A stretch of DNA of 64,000 nt, taken from assembly GCF_009914755.1 (NCBI RefSeq), contig NC_060935.1. One strand, 5' to 3'. Made by a program: the position numbers and the translations under genes. Within the stretch, counting starts at the first letter, position 1, and each line of letters begins with the position of its first letter. The DNA is from the human T2T-CHM13v2.0 reference genome, Homo sapiens. Under the pieces are notes generated by a model. That model was not told where the DNA came from. It searched no databases and saw nothing but the letters and a program-made list of their open reading frames with translations. Below are positions 41,597 to 53,120 of the stretch, in pieces.

Positions 41597-41938
41597 TACT
41601 CCCCCATTCCAAACTGGAAATGCTGGGCCATGTAAGCAGGGCTCACAAAGAACTCTCTTTTCTTAAACTAAAGTGTGATTGAAATGTAAAACTGTCCATA
41701 TTTTGGGGATGAGTATACACTCATGAAAAGAGTAGCATCTTCAAGGCCATAGCTGTATCAATCACCTTCCAAAGTTTTCTCCTATCCCATCATTATTATT
41801 ATTGTATTTATTATTATCCTGTGGTAAGAACTCCTGACTTCTCACTTTATTCTATTAAGTGGTTGGAAAGGTATGAGGGGAGCTGAGGATTAAATAAAAC
41901 ATTTATTTGGACAAAGTTGTTAAGTTGTTCCCACTTTT

Positions 41939-42138
41939 TCCCACATTGGAAAGGGGAGAGGTGGATTCTGTCTTCCGCTTAAGCCTAGTGAGAACAGCCT
42001 CAAGGATGCTCTGGAGAAGTTGTGCATTTCCCAGAGCTAGGGGAAGACCGTTCACTGATGTCTGACTCACCACTTGCCAACCTGAAGAGTGACAGCTGAT
42101 GGAAGCAGCCCTGGGCAGCAGGCTAAGGGGCATGAATG
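41939..42138 (+). repeat. Local direct duplication, copy A (~200 bp; partner 42367-42566)
   Basis: 'tcccacattggaa(a/g)ggggagaggtggattctgtcttcc...gcagcaggctaagggg' is present twice at 428-bp spacing. Confidence 0.95.
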
Positions 42139-42184
42139 GAAAGGATCTGCACCCCCACTGGAGTTACATTCCAGATATCCCTGG

Positions 42185-42785
42185 TGTGTTATTTGGGTTC
42201 TCTGGGAAGCGGATGCTGAGACCGAGCTAGAGGGGCAGATGGTTTATTAAGAAAGAGGGGAATGCCTATGAAAAATGAAGAGGAAAGAAAGAAGCAAAAT
42301 AGAGAAAATAAGAGAGCCTCAGACCAAATGTGAATCTTACAAAGTCTTGGGCAATCAACGGGGAGCTCCCACATTGGAAGGGGGAGAGGTGGATTCTGTC
42401 TTCCTCTTAAGCCTAGCGAGAACAGCCTCAAGGATGCTCTGGAGAAATTGCACATTTCCTGGAGCTAGGGGAAGACTGTTCACTATCTGACTCACCACTT
42501 GCCAATCTGAAGAGTGAGAGCTGATGGAAACAGCCGTAGGCAGCAGGCTAAGGGGCCATTTGAATGAAGAGTGTCTGTTAGAGTCCCATGTTGGGCAAAA
42601 TGGCCCAGCCTTAGTACCCCTGTAATACTCAGTCATTGGTTGAAGAACCTCAGCTCTGATGCCACTGTAGTGGATTCCAGGGCTAATGCACATGAAGTCT
42701 GTTGGCTAACTATACTTTTCACAACTGAGTAGCAAGGTCTTTCTTGAAGAGAGATTCAAGCAGTGTACCTCTATGGGTACTGGGA
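42185..42785 (-). mobile_element. LTR16A-like (ERVL) LTR interrupted by duplication copy B
   Basis: 5' part 'tttgggttctctgggaagcggatgctgagac...gggagctc'. 3' part 'agagtcccatgttgggcaaaatggccc...tcagtcattgg...agcaaggtctttcttgaagagagat'. Homologous to the element at 51918-52338. Confidence 0.7.
42367..42566 (+). repeat. Local direct duplication, copy B
   Basis: Aligns to 41939-42138 at roughly 90% identity by eye. Confidence 0.95.
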
Positions 42786-44407
42786 ATGGCAAACTGCCTC
42801 TCCATATATTTCACAGCCATTTCAGCATCTCTACAGCTAGCATTTCAGAGGAGAATCTACATATCGAAGCCATAAAAGGCTTTAGACTAGAAGAATATCA
42901 AAGCTGAGCAAGAATATATTATAACAGTTACCTACATTCCTTTTGTAAAAGGAAAGTCTGTGCAGATATTTGGACATTCTGACTATTCCGTCTTTGGTAA
43001 ATATTATGCCTATAGCAGGGAAATGCTGTTAGTGGGGTTGGGCTTGGGTAGGTGAATGGTAGATTGGAAAGTCTTTCTGTTTGTCTGGACAGATTACTAC
43101 TTTCTGTTTTATTAGAAAGCTTTAATCAGAAAAATAAAGATAGATAGGATACTGCAGAGCAAGGGTTAGCTACACTTAGGGACTTCCTCAGCCAGAAAAG
43201 TCTCCATGGGCCTGCATTAAACCTGCCTCTACATTCCATCCAACAACAGTCTACCCTGCTCCATCCAAAAAATATGGCAGAAAGAGGTTCTCTTGTCTAG
43301 GGTTCTGCTTTACTGAGAGAATTGCCTCATGTATTGTGGATCTAAGCCAGTGGAAAAATTTCCTCTTCTTATAAGTCACCTTGGTGAGGCACAGTGTCCT
43401 TAAACTTGTTCTTCTGCCAATCCTATTTCCACCTGCAGTTGTCACACTCTGTCTCCTGACAATTTCACTTGCAGTGAATTATTTTCAGCAAACTTTGGCT
43501 ATTCTAGGAGCATCCATGAATGCTAAGAATTTATCTTAATTCCCCCAATTCCTCTTCTTCTTGGGTTTTGCACTGAATCCTTAACATGATTATATTTTTT
43601 AACTACTAATAGAATTAATATTAAATTAATATTTCATCCATTAGTGGAATTGATTTCTTTTTTGTATTTTTAAATGTGCGATCTCTTCTCATCTAATTGA
43701 TAATTAATTGAATAAGCATTTTCTATTGAATAAACATTTGCTGAGCATTTCCTATGTTCCAGGATCTGTGCGGAATAAATTTGGGAATAAACTAATTTAG
43801 ATATAGTCTCCAACTTCAGGATGCTCAGTCTTTAGCTTTTCCTGCAAATCATGCCTATAAACATATAACTTCTTTTCTGAAAAAATGTGTTGTTTTTCCC
43901 ATTTAGCTTAATGATTAGATCTCTGGTTTCTTGACAGAGTGGGGAAATAATTGGTGAACAACTACCTCTGAATCAAGATATACAATGCAAAGAACAAACT
44001 CAAAGTGCATCAACAATGCAATGGTTACTAAAATGCCAGTTTTTTTGCTAGGTCACATAAATCTTGTGCTTTGGACATCCTGAAAAGTTTAGGCTTGCAG
44101 AAGTATTAGAGGTCATCTAGTGCAAACTCTTTATTTTGTGGTACAGAGACAAAAGCTTGAAGAGAAAAAAATGTCTTGCCCATAGTCATGGGGCCTGTAA
44201 ATGAAAGAGCTGGGACCCTGTCTCCTTCTCTATACTCTGTTTTGCCCTGCTGTTTTTGGTACAGAGACCTATGGACCTGTGTCAGGGAAGCTGGAAGAGA
44301 TTTTGTCACTTGGTAAGCTGCAGGATGAGTTGGATCCAAGGTCCTCCTCTCTGAGGGTCTCTGACTCCAAGAAACAAACTGTGAGCACTAATGCTAGATT
44401 ACCTTTT

Positions 44408-44445
44408 TTTAATTTTTTTATTTTATTATTATTATACTTTAAGTT
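44408..44445 (-). mobile_element. 38-bp L1PA extreme 3' end (tail plus ~17 nt) with 13-bp TSD
   Basis: T-rich tail plus 'ttattatactttaagtt'. TSD TAGATTACCTTTT at 44395-44407 / 44446-44458. Confidence 0.8.
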
Positions 44446-46740
44446 TAGATTACCTTTTGCATTATCCATAAATTATTGAAGTTCAGTACCTCTAAACTTT
44501 GTAGATTCAAATTCTCAAAGTTGAGAAGTACTAAATATAATATACAGATGAATATTCTTCTAGATAATTGTGGAGTGATGAATGTGAGAAAAATAGAGGA
44601 CTCATACAGATTTTCTTGCACTTTCCATTGCCCTTGAATCTCTTCCTCAACTTCTCTGCCTGGGAAACTTTTATTCATCCATGCATCACTAATGCCCTTT
44701 GATCCATCTTGCAGAATAGATTGTTGTCCCATCTGTGTTCCTATGCACTTTATAGTACTTGTGGTACTAAGGTTTAGTTATTTTAGTTATTTCTGTGACT
44801 CTCCCTGGCTGTGCTGTGAGTTTGAGTGGCGGGGAATAGCTGTATTCATCTTTATGTCCCTAATGCTTATTATGTGTACTGGCATGTAGTAGATGTTCAA
44901 AATGCAGTAATTGAAGTGGTTAATAAAAACTAATTAATTAGAGTCAGTCTAGTTTAGCTAATATTATACATTATAATAAACATTTTTATAATATTTTAAA
45001 TTATAAAGTATTTTTGTTTATTGTCTTGCTCGATTATGATTCTAATATCATCCCCATGAGGGAGTTGTGATTATCACTGTTTCTATAGGAAGGCACAGAA
45101 TCAGAGAAGCCATATTTAATGTTATCTAATGAGAAATTGAGTTTTCCACCCATCCGGGCATCAGTCCACATGCCTTGGTCTCCACAGGGAGGTTTTCAGA
45201 TACCAGGTATGGATTGCTAGTAGTTGGATAATTTTATATGTCCATGATTAAGTGAGATAAGAGTAATAAAAGTGAAGTTTTTTAAATAATGCTAAGATAC
45301 ATTAATGTATAGTGCTAAGATTATGTTAAGATGAAGGGCCATCCTTGTGTGTGTGTGTGCTAAAATGTCCCCTTTTAAAATAAAATTAGAGTGGCAGCAT
45401 ATAGTATATTAAAAAATCGTGTGTCCAAAGGAACATTGGCTGCAATTTGTAAGACATATATTATTAAAAATAATTTTTTGAAGTGTTACTAGTCTGCTAA
45501 ACCTCAAAGCCTAGGAACCATAGCTACCTTTGTGGAACACCTCAACTAGTTAATTTTTTCTATACCTGTCTTTTGGAAGCAAATAATGAGAAAACAGGCT
45601 TATATCAGGAATTTAATTAGGATAACATCCATCCAAAAACCATTTAGGGTGTGTCCTGGAATAAGAATGTACTAAATTTAATTTCTTATATTTGTTTTAG
45701 CTATAGCCCTGAAAAGGGAGAGCTCATATTCAGAATAATAACTCTGTAGGCATGTCATTCTTATCAACTTGTGTTTCATTATTATATTTACCAACATGAG
45801 TGGTTAAAAACATCGATATGATGATTTTCCACAATATGGTTTAAAGTGAGGTTTACTTCTACTTCTCATTTAAGCCACTTAAAATTAATATTGTATTATG
45901 TCCAGAGCATTGTAGACAATTACATGTTTTGTTTCTGTGTTTACAAATTAGGTAACATCACAGATTTCACTCTTTTTGACTTAGAGGCTAATGCAACAGA
46001 GTGAATGTGGTTTTATCTCAGGCTACATTTCCACCCTGTGGCTGTTCAGACTGGACAGTGGCAGGGTTTTTGCCAGGGAAGGAACATTGTTGGTTCACCA
46101 GACTGGTGGCATTTAGAGCCCAGCTCACAGCACAGGGGTGCTGCTGCTTGATTGCTGGCATTTTGCTACCTTCTGGCTCTTGTCTTTATAAATGGGTAGC
46201 ATGTATTTCCAATCTCTTCTCTTGTTGATAAAGACTGTGTTCATGAGCATTGGCATTAACAACACAGTTTTGCAGCCTGAGGTTAAAAGCTTTCTGATGT
46301 CTCATTAACTCACAATGGCATTTCATTTTTAATATTGTCTGTGCACACTTGCTTGAATCATCACAGTTCAAATGACTTTAATTTGCAGTGGCAAACGTAA
46401 CCGTGATGGATTCTTTAGAAATACAAACCAGAGTGGTGGGTGCCACCACGGTATACTTATTCTTGGTTAATGCCTTTTCAAAATATTAGGAACATCTCTT
46501 CTGTCACTGGTATAGCAAAGTAGCAATCACATAGGCTTTGGACTTAGACCAACTGAGGTTTGAATCCCACCTGTGTCAGTTATTAGTGGCCTTGAGCAAC
46601 TCACTTCATCTCCTTTAATCACAGTTTCTTATCCATTAAATAGATATAATTGATAATTTCATAGATTTGGGGGGGGGAGTGGGAAATTAAATGAGAAAAA
46701 AATATATACTTAGCATCTAGTGAAGTTCCAGGATGAGATC

Positions 46741-47123
46741 TGCTATGGTTTGAATGTGTGGGTCTGCTATGATTTGAATGTGTCCCCCAAATTTTATGTG
46801 TTGAAAGCTTAATCCCCAAATTTAGATGTTGATGATATTTAGAGGTGGAGGCTTTGGAAGGTATTAGAATTAGGATGGGGGATCCCATGATGGGACTGGT
46901 GGCTCTATAAGAAGGGGAAGAGGGACCCGATCTGATATGCTCTTGCCCTCTCACCATGCGATGCCTTCTGCCACGTTATAATGCAGTAATGCTGTCTTCC
47001 CCAGATATAGTCCCTTAACCTTGGACTTTTCAGACTCTAGAACTGTAAAAAGTAAATTTCTTTTTCTTATTAATTACCCAGTCTGTGGTATTCTGTTATA
47101 GCAACAGAAAACATATTAAGACA
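46741..47123 (+). mobile_element. MST-family (MSTC/D-like) MaLR solo LTR with duplicated 5' terminus
   Basis: 'tgctatggtttgaatgtgt' start and 'aattacccagtctgtggtattctgttatagcaacagaaaac...taagaca' end. Confidence 0.85.
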
Positions 47124-48006
47124 GGATTTCTTCTGTATGTTATTTTCCTGGTGGTATTCAAAAAACATTTTTATCAAATGCTTTGCCTGGAATCTCTAAG
47201 ACTCAGAATGGCAGCATGCATAGTCAGTCTCTCGAATCCCTTTTTGTTTTTTCTTTCCCCTTGGCGCTTATAAGTTTCAGTGACACGGTCTCTTTTTGCA
47301 GCTGGCTGAAGAGGGATAAGACCCCCAACGCCTCTCAGGGTTGAAAGCTTCAACTACATCATGTTTATCTGAGAGCTTGGCGTTGGAGTTTTGACCACTG
47401 TGATACAATACTTTCCACTTGGTATTACCCTTTACAAGACTGTTGTCTCTGACAACCCCACAGGGAAGCGGGCAGGCTGGGCCAAAGGAAATTCTTTGGT
47501 CTTAGAGTGAAATAAACATCATCTCTAGCAACCTTTAACATGGTGAATACCTTAGAATGCAAAGCACAAAATAAAGATCGAAGTTAACTTTGTATGGATA
47601 TCTACCTGTTGGAGGGGTAGCTGGTGATATATTGATATATTTATATATAACAATCTAGAAGCAAATGTTGGCTGACCCTGCTTTATTCCTATGATTAGAA
47701 CAGTCACAAGAATAGGCCTGTTCTCTTGAGCAAGGAAGGATTCTATTCCAGACTTAATCCTCCATCCTGTCTCATAAGTAGGGAGACAAGAGAAAGCAGT
47801 CAACTGCACCTCACATCTTTCCCTTATCCTCTTATTGTCTGGTTATACATTTTGTTTTCAGTGTTGAGGGTAGGCATTTCTGAAATCACTAGAACCTTTA
47901 AACTTGCTACAAATGTCAGTTTTTAGTGATCTCTCCTCTGCAGAAGACATAATAACATGTGACATTGATAGGATTGGGGCATTCACAACCAATGTGTATG
48001 TGTATG

Positions 48007-48058
48007 TACACACACACAGACACACACACACACACACACACACAGACAGACACGCACA
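48007..48058 (+). repeat. Interrupted (CA)n microsatellite
   Basis: Seen directly. Confidence 0.92.
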
Positions 48059-51000
48059 TCAGGCATGCAGTGAGAAACTGCAGAAATGATTGGGATGAAA
48101 GTTAGTCTTAGCCTGGGGCCGCTCTCTGCAGGAACTGCTGAAACCCTTGCCTGGAGCTTTTTGCATGCATATCTTACACTCTCTGTTAGCCTTCCTCACT
48201 GGCATTCTCTTCTCACTCTAAGATTTCTTTTTTTGTTAGAAACAAGGCAGCCAGATTCCATCCTTTTGGTGTCTCGGTGATGGGTTTGTGTAGGAGGGAC
48301 ACCTGTACATTCACACTTACTTGCAATTGTAGGTGCTATGCAATTATGACTTAACAGTGAGTAATTTTAACACATCCTTCCATTCTCAAAGAACAATGAT
48401 AATCGGATTTAGATGCCCACTTACAAAAAAGACATTTTGAAGTTAAGGTATGGCCCACTTACATAAGATGATTTTTGTAACACCTCAGATACATAGCTAA
48501 AGATGTCAATATGAATAGAAATATCCACATTTGTTAATTTGCAAAGGCTCAGATGAAGTTAATGCCTCAACCTGAAGCTTTCTGTGATTTGTCCTAGAGA
48601 CATATCAAGGAATTCAGAGCTCAGAGTGATTTTATAAATCATTTAATTCAGACTCCTCAATTTATGGTAGGGTAAATGGTTGCTTACAGAAGTGAAGTAA
48701 CTTGCCTTTAACTACTTGGTAAAAGAGGTTGGACTCGCTAGCTCTCATCTCCTACAATAATTATATCTCTGAATCCCCAAATAATTACAGACTGATCACA
48801 CATTTTGGAACTTCTTACATTACTCTTTATTGTTTCATATGTGCAGACTTGTCTAACCTACTTCATTGAAAATATTTAACGTATTTTCAGCTATACCTTA
48901 AGTGTAGCTGAATACAAACTACATCTTAAATCCTTTCTATTATGAAGGCTAAATTGATGCTAATTATTTAGTAGAAAGATTCAATGAATATTTATTTATT
49001 GACTAAAATATCTAAGTATTTTGTCTGCATGATTCTAAGTAAAGGGATACTAGGACATTTTTTCTTAATGTCTGAATGTTTCAGATTTCTTTCTAATATA
49101 TGGGATCTAGTCAGACTGGGACAGGCGCTGTATTATAGTAATTTTTAGAATCATAGTAGGTGCTGAAAAACATGTTTATTGAGTCAATGAATGAATGGGT
49201 AAGTAATGAAAAATGTGTATAAAGAACTAATAAGGAGAAAAGCTATGGACAGAAGTGTGGTGTGGGAGAGATAATTATAGGGAAAGGTTAGCTTTTTGGG
49301 AGACCTATACCCATCCTCACATGTATCCCAGGCAAGAATGAGGGGCAGGTGAAGTCCAGAGGTTTCTCTGTGGGGTCTGGGGCAGAGATAACTTTCTTTT
49401 GTATCATAGTACCAGCTCTTCTAGTAACTCATTAACATGCAATTATGATTTAACAGTGAGTAATTTAACAAAAGTAATTTAACAGGTAAGGGAAAGTAGA
49501 ATTTAACATGGAGGAGAAGAAGAAGCTTCTAAAATACTGTTGGTTTCGAGGTTCCATCAACTGCAGCATTCAGTGTGTCAAGTAAGGTAGAGTCTCCAAC
49601 GGGATCCAATCAGGTTCATCAGGGAGAGGGCAACTGTGGCAATTTGATTGGTGGGACATGAATGTTTATAAACACCTTGATGTCCATGGACCTGTGTTTA
49701 TTTGGTATGTGTGAAACTGTTGTGCTGCAATTTACTGTTGGAATCATGACAGCCACTTTTCATGGGACCCAAGGATGCTCATCTCTGATTCACGGCTGCC
49801 TCCAGCATAATTCCTGGAACATTAATTCACCTGATTGAGCATTCTCCTCGGCATTGATCCATCCCTATGTTGTTTCACATCAACTTCTATGTAGCCTCAT
49901 GGCAATTAGTATCACTTGTTCATTTATTCATTCATCCATTCAGCTAACAGTAATTGAAGGTCTTCTGTTTGTTAGATGGCATGCAAAGTGCTGAGGATAT
50001 AAAGAGGAAAAGATGCATTGCTTGTGTTCGTGGTGCTCACTGCTGATGAGGAGAGTAATAAAACCCAAATCCAAATTTGACCCTGTAAGTTCTCATAGGA
50101 CACATCTGTGGCTCACAGTGAGGCAGAGGGTATCACAGGCACAAGGGTGCATAATTGGTTACCCAGAGCTCACATGCAACGTGGCATTTCTTCTGCTTGA
50201 AATCACGACTACCCAGGGTCTGTGTCTTGCTGCCTCAGAAATCTGATTTTGCCAGTTTGCTGAGAAGAGTTCCGTCTCTTAGGGACAGGATTATATTTGA
50301 CATGCCCGTAGAACTTGATTATATATGATATCTCAGAATGTCAATTCAGTAATTTACAGTAACTGTCAGGCAGGTCAGACATTTATCTCAGACTAGGATA
50401 TTCTCACCTTGAAGGGAAGGAAAAAATGGTCAGAAGCTTCCTTAACGAGCGTGTGCTCAGAGGAAGGTTTAATAGCAGTGGGTTCTGGTAGGCTGGTTAG
50501 TACATCACAACAACATGCAAACAGAGTCAAGGGGTGGCAGTTTTTGAGCAACCATCAGCACCCCCTCCCCCTCCCCCCACCCACTGTTACGGGCCCTGCC
50601 AACTTGCTAATCTTCTCCCTGTGCTGTGGGATGTGGCTGTTTGCTATTCTGGCTTAACCCAGGAATGGTGGTGTGAAGGATTTATAGGAATGGATTGACT
50701 GCATCTCTCTCAGACTGTACCACACAAACATTTTTCTCTTAGTAGAGCATTGTTTAATTCATATAATTCATGTATTAATATGATATGTGTTACATGGCTT
50801 GTGATGAAAAACAGCAGTCTACTGCTCACTCCTCCCTATTCCTCCCCTAAGAAGTTTCTTCTTAAGTTGCTTCTACTGTTTACTTCCATTCTTTTCTTCT
50901 AATAATGTGCTTGTATTGCTATATTTTATACAATTTTATTTATTATCTATTGCCTTTCTCTTATAGTGAGGATTCAGCTTGCTAACTACCCCTTGCTCCA

Positions 51001-51917
51001 CCCTCCCTGCCTGTCTCCTTCTCTTTCCAAGTTCTAATACAATAGAGCTAGGATCAACTGGAAGCTTCAGGTGAGGTTTGAAAGGAATGAGCTTGCAGTT
51101 ATAAACCCCAATGCCTGGGGCATAATAGACCAGTGTGCAAAATCTCCATTCTTTGACCTAACAGCTGACTGAAGACACGTTAATTTACAATTTAGGACCC
51201 TGGTTTCCTTCTTCCTCAAAATCAAAGTGGTAATACTCGCTGTCTAGAAAGTGAGGGTGAACAATAAAATACATTTAAAGTGCCTAGAACTATACACCTT
51301 AAAAATAGGCTAAATAGGGAGTAAAGCTGAGGGGCTCTTTTGAAAAGTGAGGTGCCGTAAAGCTTGACTAGGAACATTTTTTACTAGGGAATTTTTAAGG
51401 CAGGCAAAAATACTCCCTTTCCCTGCCCCAGATAATTAGAAAACAGCAAACTGCCCTTAGCTTCCCCAGTCTTGAGCTGTGTCACCTTGTAAAGTACTGT
51501 TCTACCTTGGGCTGCCCAGCCCCCTTTCTGTTCAGTCTGTCTCTAAACAGGGTACAATGCCATTGATTAGACTTCCTTCTGCTTAGTAAATTACAATCAT
51601 ACTGCACTTCTCCTTCCTTGAAATTACTCCCAAATCACCTTGATTGGGGGTTTCAATGTTCCTGGTTTCCTCAGTCAAACATTTACAGACATTTTCTAGC
51701 TTTATTTCCCCAGATGGTTAATCTCACACATTGTATGTGGATTTTATGTATTTAATTCCCAGCTGGCAATTTTATTTCCCCTATCTTTGCTTCCTTAAAA
51801 TCTAATCAAATGCAGAAATCAACCCAAGAATATCCTCTATGATGAAGTCTTTCTGGATCTCCTGGTCTAGCCCAGAGTTATTTGTTATTCATTTTCATTG
51901 ACAAGTCCCTTTCTTCC

Positions 51918-52338
51918 TGTTACAAGTTGGATTCTCTGGAAGCAGATATGGCTGAGATGGCATTAGGGGTGCAAAATATTTATTAGTGATCAACACCTAT
52001 GAAAGGAAAGGGGAGGAAGCAGGATTAAGCAGAGAGAGAAGAGGAAGAAATTATAATTCTGGCATGACAAAGATCAGTAACAAATACTGTACCTGAGTTT
52101 CCTATGTTGGACCAAAATAACCAGACCCTTACACCTTTATACCTCCACCCGGCTCCCCTTGCCAGATGCAGACTGCCCTGGGGAGATTGTGTCCTCAGAC
52201 CAGGCATCTCTCTGGAGCTGAAGTGGACCCTGAAAGAACTGACAGCTGGGGAATGTCGGCTGATTACACTCTCTGCAGTTGGGCAGCAAGTCCTTCCATG
52301 AACGGAGATCTTAGGTTTCCATCTTTGTGCCTACTGCA
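51918..52338 (-). mobile_element. LTR16A-like (ERVL) solo LTR
   Basis: 'ggattctctggaagcaga...gctgagatgg...aactgacagctgg...gcagttgggcagcaagtccttccatgaacggagatct'. Confidence 0.75.
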
Positions 52339-53120
52339 CATGCAGAGTATTTCTTTTAGGTTCTTAGTGAACACACTCATGTGTATAGTTAATTGATTGT
52401 TGTCTACCTTTTCCACAGGCCTGTGAGCTCCCTCTCACTGATCTTTTGTTCCTCGCCTCCACCACTTAGTGCATAATGAACATCCAATAAACTATTAAAT
52501 AAGCATTCCACAAATAGGCATAAAACCAGTGTTTATTTTCATGTTCAACTTCTGGAGTTATTTCTATCACTGTATTCATCACCGTAATGTGAAGTGTAGA
52601 AAACTATTTTCTGTGCCCCTCTAGGGTGCCAACCACTGTGCTAAGAGCTTCTGGGCACCATGCTGAGAGCACTTTTTGGGTTAAGACCTGTGTTTTCTCT
52701 GGCTTCCATATTAAGAGTCCAACCCAATGTCGAATAACATAGGCCACCCCCAAGTTGAGCCCCACTGCAGCCGCTCTACTTTTCAGTTGCTGCCGCACTA
52801 CAGTAAGGAGAGTGCTCTGCTCCATCCAGAATGCTCTGTTTTTTACAGCATCCTGGCCTTGCACATCTTCATATGGTTTGCTTTGTTTATTCCAACCTTG
52901 AGAGCATATGTTAGATATTGTCTGTGTTCAACATTCAGAGTTGTTCTCCCTGCCAGCCTTCCATTCAAGACCACACAGTTTTCTTCTTTCATGACCTCCC
53001 TTTCTCCCCAGTTAGGGCCATTGTCTTGAAATTAGGGTCATCAGAAACCTGCTCACCCCCATCCTGCATGGGAGTGGCTGGCATCTATTAGGACAAGCTA
53101 TGATCCTTGGTCTCTCCCAT

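Noticed and set aside
41903-42693. Two paralogous-looking minus-strand ORFs sharing 'LKRKTESTSP'
   Set aside because: The similarity comes from the 200-bp DNA duplication. There is no evidence of coding constraint.
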